This document shows, piece after piece, positions 45,349 to 56,666 of a stretch of 64,000 bases of DNA (the stretch's first letter is position 1; each line of letters begins with the position of its first letter). Position numbers and translations under genes: made by a program. Where the stretch lies: the NCBI GenBank assembly GCA_029953675.1, contig JAMWBK010000001.1, forward strand, positions 310,001 to 374,000, in the 5' to 3' direction. The notes under the pieces were generated by a model. The model had not been told where the DNA came from and did not search any database. It worked only from the letters and a program-made list of their open reading frames with translations. This DNA comes from Rhodosorus marinus CCMP1338 (lineage: Eukaryota; Plantae; Rhodophyta).

Positions 45349-46882
45349 TCATCTTTCCGACACTTTCAGTGCCGGGATTTTCTCTCCAGTCGCCTCGTCT
45401 ACCGCAAAAGCTCGTCCGTCAATGTAAACATACACGTTCTTTTTCTCTCCGGCATCTTGAGGAGACGAAGATCGGTTAGCCTTCGATTGTAATGTGCGAA
45501 GCAGCTCTTCTTCCTCGTATTCATCCCAGTCCTCGTCTTCTTCGTCGTAGTCTTCGTCAAACTCCTCCTCATCCTCAGCAAGCTCTTTGTCCTTTATCGT
45601 ACTAATATCGAGGTCATCCTCTCGCCGCGAACCCCTGCCCTTCCTTTTTGCATGAACTGTTGTAACGTGGTCATTGTCCGACTCGAAATCGAGGTGTATT
45701 TCGGGAAACTCTAATGGGGTGTCCTTCGTCAGTTGGATTTGTGACACGTCGATCTTGCCTGGTGTCTCCGGTTCTGGGAGCGCCCCAGATGATCTAAGTA
45801 CCTCCACCAACGACTTGTCCTTTTCGATCCTCAAAAGTTCCCGCTGCTTGTTCTCCTCACGAGCTTTCTTTCGGTCTAACTTCGCCTGTTCTCGAGCCTC
45901 CAAGCGCTGCTTCCTCTTCGCTTCCAGACGAATTCTCTTTTCCTCAATGGCTTTTTCCGCCTCTGCTTCGGCGATTGGGTCTCGCTCTTTTCCACTCCGG
46001 GTGGCATTGTAAGTCAAAAGGCTTTCCCGAATTCTCGCACGGTGCTCCGCTGAGAGGGGTTTCCTCCCATTCACCCTTAGTTTGGACCGCATTCCACCAA
46101 CTACCCGCTCTCTATAGTCGGGATCCGCCCACATCTCCTTGATCTTCTTAGAAAGCTTCTCCCGAGTTTCATCGCTAAGCTGTCTCCCGACTCTGTTCCT
46201 CCCTACAGGACCGTCGAAACCACAACCGTTAGTCTAGTCAACGTTATGAAGATCACCTGTTCCAATTGTTCTTACCTCTACTTTCGGTTGAGCTTCCTTC
46301 GTAAAGCTCATTTAGGCTCTCCCTAAACTCCTCGTCCTCGAGAGATTCGTTTATGTACGCATTCAATTTGTTCTTCACGTCTTCACGGTACTCGAACGGT
46401 ACCGTGCCGGACGTGAACTCTGAGATCAGGGACGGAACTTGAACTCTTCCTTTCCTCACCTTAGCACCCTCTCGAAGTGCTTTCATAGCGTTGCTTTCGC
46501 GAATTTTTACTTTGATCTTCTCCCTCGTTTCAACAGTTTGCTTCCTTCCGACATTTACCTTTCTCATTTTTTCCCTCATCTCTGGCCGTAGCATTGCCGC
46601 GCGTGTCCGCTCCGCAATTTTACGGCGCGTTTCATCGGAATGTTTCCTGCCCTTGTTCCATGGCGTGTTGCCCTTATTTGCTAGTGAAATCTTCTTCTTC
46701 GTTTCCTCTCTATGCTTCCTCCCAAGCCAGTGAGGAGTTCTTCCACTACCAGAAACCTCTGCCTCCCCTTCCGGGGTTACACTCATAGCGGTAGCAACGC
46801 GAAACACCCCACCCTCACGTCTATTGCGAACGCAACCATTCCTAGCCTTCAACCTCCAAGCCGCAGGAGAGACGAACCCCAT
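45349..46882 (-). CDS. Plastid-targeted NUMOD3 (IENR2)-repeat protein (2 exons)
   Basis: GRKHREETKKKIS, TPWNKGRKHSDETRRKIA, GRQLSDETREKLSKKIKEMWADP, KPLSAEHRARIRES. Intron 46275-46203. MGFVSP transit peptide (an upstream ATG at 46912 is an alternative start). Confidence 0.85.
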
Positions 46883-48069
46883 CCCGGCCAATCCAAGCCT
46901 ACACTCCTCCATTCCTCCCCTACACAGTACCCCTAAACCCAGACAACCACAGAAAGCTCTCCACGAAAATCGCTACCTTAGGAACAAGATCACGAAACAC
47001 AAGGGAGTTCAAGTTCCATGACTCCACTGCAACCCCAACCCCCCCCCCCCCGCCCCTCTGACTCCAACCTAAAACTCCATTATGTACAAAAAAAAGAAAA
47101 GAAACGAGGGATATATAAAAAAAGGGTCCTTTTTCGTTCCACAAGGCTTACGAGAAAATCTTCTCCTTGTCCACTACTCAACCTCTTCCAGCCCCACCTT
47201 TCCCCCTCCCCCTTTCCCTTTCTCCTGCCGCCTAACCCAAACCAAGCCTTCCCCGCCAGCGACTTCATCTCCCACAAAATGACATATTCATCATTTCTAA
47301 AACCATGCCCTGTGGGGGGTCTTCCCCATGAATAAAAAAAAGGGTCTTTTGACATAAAACTCCGTGCATGCTTAGAAATTCCTTTAAATTCAACCCCTTT
47401 TTTTGCTCCATGCACTCCACGCCAAATCGGCATTCCGTACTCGATGAACCCCCAAGGTTACATGCGAAAAAAAACAAAAAAACAAAACGGTACACCTTGA
47501 AAGTTTTTTTTTTTTGAGGGGAAAGCCAACACTATTTTTAAAATTAAATATCTCCCCTCCCTTTTTCTGAACTCCCGTCCTAAAGACAAGCATGTGTACT
47601 CCTCTGAAATCGTTAATCAGGAGTATCATCTCCACAGATTTAGAAAAGACTATAGCATGGCAGAAATATTGTTTTATAAAACTGTAAACTTTAGAACAGT
47701 TGTTTCTTGTTTTTCGCAAGCGGAGCTCGAAAATGAGCCGTAAATACGCTGTGGTTCTTTTTTTTTGTCATATCCGCTTCTGGACACCTGTCGGCAATTT
47801 CGATCTCCGTCGGTGTTGGGACCTGCCGCCTATGGACAAGGTTTTAAAGCCGTGCTATATGCTATCCCGAGATGGTTGGTCATTTCATTGGTTTGTAAGG
47901 ACGCCACGTGTCCTTTGTGAGGGGGGGGGAAGGGGGTCGGGGAGAGGTTACCGACATGAGAAGAGAAGGTCTGTAGCTGAACGGAGGCTTGCGGTGGACA
48001 AAGATGAGGTTGACGGCTGCCGTCATACTGAGCGTGAAGAGCCTGAATAGTCGTCGCTAAAGCTCGATT

Positions 48070-48450
48070 AGTCCATAGAAGACTTCTACCATGCTTTGAA
48101 CGTCTGATTGCCAGGGACTGGTTTTACTCCTTGGAGATCATTGGCGAGGAACACAGAGGTTCACCATTTTCGAGTGAAGCATTCGTCGCAAGGGCTGGTG
48201 TTCAAACGCGGCTCAGTGCAGACATCCTTTGGAGGGCTAAGATGATGCTACCTTTGGATAAGAACACAGTTCCTCAACACACACAGCAAATTCTGCCTGC
48301 GTTCGCCGATCGCTTCGCTGCTCCAACACATAGCAAGACGCAAACTGCAAAATTCAGCTACGCCTGCCAACGGCACCCTCAGAAGCCAAAAAGGATCCTA
48401 CAAGGCTTTTGGCGACAGCATCCAGTCTCCCGCCTGGTGACACAAAGCTG
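48070..48450 (+). mobile_element. Decayed gag-like relic
   Basis: WFYSLEIIGEEH is similar to YCWVIEIVGEEN at about 56060(-), with differences mainly at third codon positions. Confidence 0.35.
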
Positions 48451-49600
48451 AAAGAAGAACGTTCCGGAAATTCTCCCATACACCAGTTGCTGATCTAGAC
48501 TCAAGCACCCACAGTACGTTCTCCATAAGAGTTCTACTAACAACTTCTCTGAACGATCGCATCGGACTTATAACCATTGCGTTCTCATCGTACCCCTACA
48601 AAATATCCAGAATCCTACACCGGTCAACATATGTACAAATAGCAGCAAGAAATTACTACTATTGCTGCAATCTTGGCTAAGTAAAATGTACAGAAGCTGT
48701 TCAATTTTTTTCTTAACATTGTTTTTTGTCGCGAAACTTTGCGCATCTGCTTTTTCCGCCAGAATGCAATTTTTAGTTTTCATCAGGGAGGGTAGCAAAA
48801 TTCCCCTCGAGCTCTGAAAACGTACAAAAAAAAAAGAAATCCGCCCAACTTTCCATTGGGATAGAGGCGTAGGGGTTTTAACCATAGAGGTTGGGAGCTG
48901 CGGTGCGAAAGCAGTCATTTTCAGGACTCGAGCTAGCTAAAACAAAAAATATTTAGATCAAATACTACCGTAATTATGAAAAACCAACGGCCATAAAGCG
49001 TTTTTGTTCCATAAAATGAAGCAAAAAATATCATAGGATCTAAATTAGGATTATACATGATGTTTTCTGGGGATGGATGAACCCGGCGATCAATAACGGG
49101 CTTTTTACTGTTTAGGACGATTTGCGTTGGAGTCATCACAATGGGACTTTCAATAGAAACGTTTGTCTGAGGGCTTGGCATCCGGGGGAGGGGGAGAGAA
49201 CCATGCTTAGGGCTTCATGGGAAGTAAAGTCCTGACTCGGAGGAGACAAGTTAGTAGAACTGGTTCCAACTCTGGTTTTGAAAGGAGTGTGAGGGTCTCA
49301 GGAAAGACGGATACATTTGTAGTGGGTGGGGAAAGGGAGGAGGGGAGGGAGTTTGTGTTGTCTTGCTGAGAAGGAAGTTAGGTTTTTGACAATGTCTGGA
49401 GTGGAATTGCTGTTGAGGGGTAAGATGGTTAGGAAGGGTACTTTGTGACGATTTAATTGGATGTTTTTGTGCTTGATGATTGCTGCTGGAGGGACTGGCT
49501 TTGGTATGCATGTCTAGTTGTTTATGCTTGTTGGTAAATTCGTGGTGGACGAAGAGTGCGGAGAGCTTGACGATCTTTGAAAGAAATCTATTCGTGCGCT

Positions 49601-50370
49601 ATGGGCTGTATACAAAGTAGTGAAAAGAAGAACGCGAACCACAGGAGCTTGCTGCTGTTGGGAATTGATGGAGCGGGGTCGACGACGGTCTTGTATCAAC
49701 TTGTGCAGCATGAACGGGTTGAGACGATCCCAACCCTCGCTTTCAATCGTGAGACACTCACTTTCGAGGGTATGGAGTACGAAATATGGGACATAGGGGG
49801 AAATGACAAGGTATTTTTTTCAGCAGCTATATCAGATACTGAACCCGTATTGCTCTCACTCAGGGCGCTAACCAGATTTACCGAAATGGAGTTTGCTAAC
49901 CAAAACTAGCCTTCCTATCAATCATCGCTAGGTTCGACCACTGTGGACAAAGTACGCGCGGGAGGCGCATGCCATTATCTATGTTGTTGACGCAACGGAC
50001 AAGAATCGGCTCCCCATGGCCGCACAGGAGCTGAAACTCTTCATTGACGATAGCGAAAATAATCATTATCCAACATCGAAGAACCCATTGCTGATATTTG
50101 CAAACAAGCAGGTGGGGATGGATTTCAGTCTCATTGCCGAAACAAGCTCAGCGAGGACTTATTAGCCCAACCTGTGTTTGCAATATCTCCACAATTGAAA
50201 ATTTACAGGAAATGGATGGGGCGAAAAACGTAGATGAAATGAGAGAGGCTCTCGGCATGGACTCACTGCCGTTTTCGAACTACAAGATCGTTGGGTGCTC
50301 CGCAAAAACCGGGGACAGTCTGAACGAAGGCCTCCATTGGCTAACGCAACAGTTGAAGGAGCCGGAGTAA
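49601..50370 (+). CDS. ARF/ARL-family small GTPase-like protein with atypical G motifs (3 exons)
   Basis: Exons 49601-49810, 49932-50111, 50209-50370. MGC N-terminus, LLLLGIDGAGSTT, ETIPTLAFN, WDIGGNDKVRPLW, IIYVVDATD, LLIFANKQE, CSAKTG. Confidence 0.9.
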
Positions 50371-50649
50371 CTCCAGCGAGCTTGCTTGACTATGTATCTA
50401 AGCGAGGTATGAGTGAGTATGAGCTTGGCATGAGTTCAGCTTGTCTACCAGCGCAACAACGTACTCATTGTCCTCGCAGCCCGTTTATTGAAAAGAATCT
50501 ATGTGACGTTGTAAATCATTGGTTTGAGAATCATAAAACAGAAACCCACTGTTTCAGAGGCTCCGCAGCAGAAATAAAGAATGTAAAACGCTTGTAGATT
50601 TTTTTTGCATGCGTCTTATGGACGTCGATGGCAAGGTTCCCAAGTAATA

Positions 50650-51550
50650 ATTGGAGAACTCAGTTCAGCAGGCTCTCCACCTGCAGCGCGTAGTTACCAA
50701 AGCTGTTAATTGTTTCATGGTATTCATAGCACATGAGGATTGAGCTCAACCTTCTACCCACTTCCAGCGGGCACGAGAGGGAGAGGCTGCAATGAGATCT
50801 TTACAATCTGTAGCTTCGAAGCTCAACTAAAAGCTCTGCTTACGGCGCGCCTACCCAGGAGGCACCTTTTCACAGGGGGGAAACGATTGATGGAAAGGCT
50901 CACGAACAACACTCTTTGCAGCTTCTCTGACCAAAAATTGTCCGTGCACCCGGTGCACAAGGCATGCGCGCTGTATTGCAGTGCTCGGCTCTTATCGATT
51001 CTAATAAATTTTGGTACCACAGTATTGTACGAAACGTACTATCAGCGTTGAATTACGAAAAAAAACTCAGAAAGGCAAAAGCCTACTCCATTCAGTGTTC
51101 AGTCCATAATAGGCTAAATGATTGAATCTTAATCTCGATCGGTCCCGCCGGTGACTAGGAAAAGTTAAGCAGAGAGGTATGGCTGCCTGCTAGCTACTAG
51201 ATTCGGTGGCTTATGAGGATGATATATTGGCTTCAGTGAAAGCACGCATTCGGAGCCAACTATTAGAAGAAAGATTGGTGGGAAATCCCCTAACCGAGAA
51301 ACAGACCTGAAGTAGCCCGACGGCTGTTGGTTCCCTCTTCAGAGTTGGGAGTGACAAAGGCTTCAGGAGAGAGGTCTATGAGTAAATGGAACGGAAAATT
51401 TCCACAGCTTTGTTCCTTCATTAAGCTGTCCAGGATCCTTCCTCTCAAGTTCACGGAACAGAGAAAGCCTCTGCGAGTAGCTGCATAAGTTTCCGAATCT
51501 AATTGGACAGAAAGCCCTGATTCACGGATTGGTGATTGAAGATATGTGAT
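50650..51550 (+). mobile_element. Decayed Gypsy protease to RT N-terminus relic
   Basis: CSALIDSNK...KPTPFSV (retropepsin-like), then QLLEERLV...T*SSPTAV...KGFRREVY, like LLEKG.I.PS.SPWSSP...R...DY. Confidence 0.5.
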
Positions 51551-51797
51551 TCCGAACTAAATGCCATGAAAACACAATTCCTGTGTAATTTGTAGCGATT
51601 TTCTCAATTGTTGTCTCGAGGATGATGGAGGTGACGGAAAATGAGCATTCAGGAAAAGGTGTGGTATCGGACGGGGTGTGAAAGGTTTTTGAGGTGTCGC
51701 TTAGGAGAAGGAGTCACCAAGAGCAGGCGTTAAGACTTTTTGAAGTAGCTTGAAGTTGTTGTTGTTGAGAGCTGCTACTTCTTTAAGGAATTGGGCA

Positions 51798-53510
51798 ATG
51801 GATATATGTTTTGTTTCTAGTTTTCTGGGCGCTCGCGCCCGGCGTTCTCGCGGAGCTGGGCAAGGACTGACGCGGAGGGGAAATGTGACCACGATGGTCG
51901 CTTTGGAGGCTAATAAAACCGATCCTAGCTTGTCCACTTACTATGGAAGAGGGAATCCGGTGTTTGGGAGAGTGGTAACAGCGATGGTAAATGGGTCCGC
52001 CCGTTGCTTTGTGTGAGATATTCGTCCACCAGCCTGCAGCCTGTGGTTCTTAATGTTCGCAAATCTACACTCAATTCTTCTAGGTTACGCCCTTTAAACC
52101 TAACAATCCGAAGGAAGTGGACTACACAGTTGCGGAGCAGCTTGCGGTCCACCTGGCGAAGAATGGTGGGGTCAACACTAACCTACAGAAAGATGGAAAT
52201 CTGTGTTCTCTTTGATTTTCTTCCAGGACGGCTGGAACTAACCAAGTCATCTCCCCGCAGGAAGTGACGCCTTGGTTATCGGAGGTACCACTGGCGAGAG
52301 CCCTACTTTGACTTGGTCCGAACAATACGAGCTCTTCAAGGTTGTGAAGCAAGCCGTTGGAAGCAGCGTTAAAGTAGGCCGTAGAAGCTACTCCACCTAT
52401 CCGTATAGAAGAAATGAGAACTGATCTGATCGCAACTAATGCGATTGTTATTGTCAGGTTATCGCCGGTGCAGGATCGAATTCCACAGACGAAGCCATTG
52501 AGGCTACGATCAGAGCTGACAAAATGGGCCTGGATGGAACGCTACAGGTGATACCCAGAAAACACAGGCCAGCTGCGCATAGGGAAGACGATTAAGACAA
52601 TGCGTCTAAGACTGTGCTGTGCTTTGTGTTTGGTCAGGTCGTTCCTTACTACAACAAACCTCCACAGGAGGGCCTGTACCAGCACTTCAAGGCTGTGGCT
52701 GAGTGTGCCCCTGACCTACCAGTTATGCTGTACAACATTCCCGGTAGAACAGGAATCAACATGAGTGCGGAAATGACCGCAAGACTGGCTAAGATCCCCA
52801 ATATCATCGCTACAAAGGAGGCAAGCGGTGACATAGACCAGTTTGTTGAAATTCGGCGGTTCGTTCTTTTCCGTTGTCGTGACTACTACTATGCTGAAAA
52901 ATCAGCTTCTGACCAGCTTAACACGCCGTCCGCCGCGGATTGTTTTTATGGAACCTCCTCTCATCTCAGGTTGACCGATCCGGAGTTCGCAATGTACTCT
53001 GGGGATGATGCGATTGCACTTCCACTTTGTTCGGTAGGTGCAACTGGAGTAGTCAGCGTTGCCAGCCATATCGTTGGCAATGAGATCCATAAGATGGTAC
53101 GGAACTGTATGAAGACAAAGCAGACCATGACCAGGACGTCGTCATGCAGTTTTAGTCGGATTGAATGATGACCTTTCTATCATATTGCTGCGTATCAGAT
53201 CGAATTGTTCTTCGAGGGCCATGTTTCGGAGGCGCTTGATATACATTTGAAACATGCTGGACTTTTCCGAGATCTCTTTTGTATGGCAAACCCAATCCCT
53301 ACAAAGGCCGCTCTCAGACTTCTCGGTTGGAACGTTGGACCCCCTCGACTACCATTGACGGTATCGAAAAGCAGCCTCACCATTACCCAGCGCTAGAGAC
53401 GGATTTTCTGATATGACTCCCCAATACTGTCTTTCTCCTTGCTGCAGGATGCAACCGATGAATGCACTGAAATAATTACCAACCATTTGAAATCTTTGAG
53501 CCTCCTGTGA
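51798..53510 (+). CDS. dapA: 4-hydroxy-tetrahydrodipicolinate synthase (DHDPS), plastid-targeted, cyanobacterial type (about 7 exons)
   Basis: [72 protein letters not shown]. Confidence 0.96.
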
Positions 53511-53519
53511 GCTGGGTTT

Positions 53520-54100
53520 TCACAATACAACACTTCCGATCTTTTCCACTTTTCTTAAAAATTTAGGGAATCTATTCAACTCGGCAAGAGCTTGAAAACA
53601 AAGCGACGAAGTCATTTGACGTTCGTCTCCATCTCTCCCAGCAAGAATGTCCATGAACCGCTCGAGATCCATCAAATTTTGACGAAGGTTAGATAAGGGG
53701 AGGACTACAATGCAACCCCTGGAAAGCCAGACTCGAAGCGAGGTTATGCTTTTTCTGCTCGTAGCTGACCCATTTTCATAGATCTCCCGAAGCATAGGAT
53801 AGACCGCGAGCCGAAATCAAGCCTTTGTCAGGAAAGCGCATGGACTCATCTGTTCATCCAGCGACAGGTTCGCTCACAACTTTGGGGTTCCACTTCGCGA
53901 TAAGTCTCAAGAATGACTAGTATTGACTAGGTGCTTGCGGAAACCTTCCTGGCCGAGGATCCGTGTGATGCCTTTTGTACAATCTCCAGTGAAGTCCGTC
54001 CTTCAGTAACAGTACCAGTCATGTACCTGTGCTAGGAGAACAGTTTTCCTCACCACTCACTCTAGCAGGAGTACGACAGAACCATGTGGATTGGAAGCTG
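53520..54100 (-). pseudogene. Decayed coding relic (likely TE-derived)
   Basis: About 160-codon frame with 3 internal stops and no identifiable start. CTAG-dense. Confidence 0.3.
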
Positions 54101-54427
54101 GGTATGGAGAATAGACAACTCCTGAGAAAGAAGAGCATTCCTCAGATTTAATCTTCGAGTCATAAGAGCTTGTTTGTTTTTCAACCTTCAGTATTCTAGG
54201 AGCTCTTCCTCGTGCTCAACATTTCCAGGCCTACATGGGCGCCAGTGAACTAGAAGGAAACGGTTCTTTCCATAGCCGAAGCTATCCAGTATAAACCTCG
54301 TTACGAGGGTTTCCGCAAGGAAGATGAGCTTGTGGAGGAGCCGGCTCGGTACCATTTGCTTTTCTGCTTGGTGTTCCTAATTTGTTAACATACAAGATAC
54401 GCGCTTTGTTTTTGCGGACACGGGGCA

Positions 54428-55189
54428 CTACACCTTGTCAAGGGGCCGATTAAATCCTCCAACTCGGTTCATGTACTGTCTGAATTTTGGTTTCTGCTTT
54501 ACGTTGGCTCCGCTGACGTCGGACCCTTCAACATGTTTATCCTAGAAGGGAAGAAAAAGACACGACCTAAAGTATTAATACACTGAGATCTGGAGGGTTT
54601 GGGAGGGGGTTGCCCGTTGATCCTTCTCAGCGAAAGGGATGCTTACCTTGGTAGAGTCAAAGCCAGAAGGAAGTCCGAGCATAGCCATCATTTTCATCTC
54701 CTCTTCATCAACTTGTGCCAGAGGAGGTGATGGTGGCGGCGATGGTGGAGGAGATGGAGGGGGTGGTACAGGTACGGCAGGCGGTGCTACTGGTGGTGGG
54801 GGCGGAGGAGGCGGAGGAGGTGGTGGAGCATCAGAATATGACCCCACCCTTGTGTGCATCTCCGTCGGTGGTGGCGGCCGCTGTTGTGACACTGCCGGTG
54901 GTTGAATCTCAACCGGCGGAGGAGGTGGAGCAGGGGATGCACCGTTCTCGAGATTCCTCGTTTTGAATTGGTAGTCAGAACCCCCATTTCTAGGTCTACC
55001 CCTTTCCCGTCCATCAACCGGGGACCTAGACCTCTCTCTCCGACGCCCCTCGTGCCCATCTCTCCGAGCTTCAGACCTCCCATACTTGCTATCCCAAGCA
55101 TCCCCCTCAGCTTTCATCCTTTCCCCATCCCTGCTCTTGTACCCTCTCCTTGTACTTCCATCAACTTCATAATTCTGCGGAGAACTCAT
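54428..55189 (-). CDS. SNRNP27: U4/U6.U5 snRNP 27 kDa protein
   Basis: RERSRSP region, [20 protein letters not shown]|DKHVEG...[17 protein letters not shown]. Intron 54646-54542. Confidence 0.92.
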
Positions 55190-55499
55190 TCTCAATCCTC
55201 CTAGTCCTCTTATTATTAACTCAAACCGTCTTCTACTAAAGAGATTCTCAATTCCAGGCCCAATAAAAGTACTGAACTATCGAAACCCAAGCAGCCTCCC
55301 CAAACCCTTAGTCCACATAACCTCTTTCTCCCTTCTTGACGCCACGAAGCAATGGGACAGTTCCAGTTTCTGGTTCTTGGACGATAGCGGGGACAAGAAC
55401 ATTGATGCTGTGCAAGCGTGTGTTAGGTGTGAAGGCGTGTAACTTTAATGAACATAGTGAAACGCGATTGTACAAGTGAGACCAAGGGTTGCTGCGGGA

Positions 55500-56300
55500 A
55501 CACCGCGGTCAGCATCCGTTACCTCCAGGATAGTTCCTACCCTAGCCACCTGCTCCTAGTGCTGGATGCTGGGGGGTACGACGCCTTGCGAGGGGCAACT
55601 CTACGTCTCTGGCAGCGGCTCCGTTGTCTTGGACCTCGCATAGTCCCGGCGGTCATCGGGGTGGGTCCCCAGCTTAGGGAATCGGGACGTTCGGGATCCA
55701 TCCTGCTGACGTTGTTGTTGCTTCTGCCCCTCGAAGTGCTGCCGCCAGTCGCTCCCTCGTTCGCTAATGTTGATTTCAGGTCCGAGAACGCCTGAGGTCA
55801 CTGAATCCAGGGGTTGGTAGCATGCCAATAGACGAGGAACTCCTAGTCAAATGACCTTCCGCAGTCACCACTGTTCTTGAGGAGGGCCTATTGCCTTTTC
55901 CGCAACCCGTTCCAACAAACAATATCGGCAATGATGGTAATAGTCGCTGCGTGTAATGGCGACGATAGGTTTGCCCTTACAGAAGTGAATCTCCCACATA
56001 AGAAAACGGGTATCAGGATACTATTCTCTTCCCCAACGATTTCGATGACCCAGCAATATGTCTTCCAGGATTGTAGCCTCTGTGGAAAGCCCCTGCATCC
56101 CTTTCTAGTTCAATTTCCTTGTTCTCAGGTGAAGGAAGAAAATAATGTCAACATTGATCAATGCACACTCACATTCCCCCTCTCTTGCTGGGGTCACATC
56201 ATCAATGTACTCAACAGATGTGAGCTGCAGCTCACCTGTCTCCAGATATCAGCTCATAACCTCAAACCTCAAACCCGTCGCGGTGTTCTTATGAGCTGAG
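55500..56300 (-). mobile_element. Decayed gag-like relic
   Basis: Stop-interrupted frame FPQRLQSWKTYCWVIEIVGEENSILIPVFLCGR...IVCWNGLRKRQ*ALL. Confidence 0.35.
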
Positions 56301-56666
56301 TCTGCTTCCATCATCACGCTCCCCTCTCGGATCAGCAGTGATCATAGTCGTTTTGACAGTATCCTGTTTGCTTGCAGAAGCTAATCACTAGAATGCGGAC
56401 AAGTTCAAGGAAGAGCGAGAGTGGTGTTGGCTCGTGATCGCTTGCTATGTGAAAGGCTCATTTCGAAGGAAAACTGTCCTGTGTGGTGTAGCTGGGTAGC
56501 TGCGAGATGATTCAAATAAACAGTTAGCCTGTTCTTCTCTTCGTATTTACAAAGTAGCTGCTAGCCTGAGAAGGTTCCCCTCTGCAGGCTCGGATCAATA
56601 TTCACAATAAAATTTCTGCACGTAAATAAGAATACACTGGTGCACGTCGGAAAATGTCAGAACTGA

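Noticed and set aside
53361-53447. U12-type intron in dapA (donor GTATCG)
   Set aside because: Does not match GTATCCTT and has no TCCTTAAC branch site. Treated as an ordinary U2 intron.
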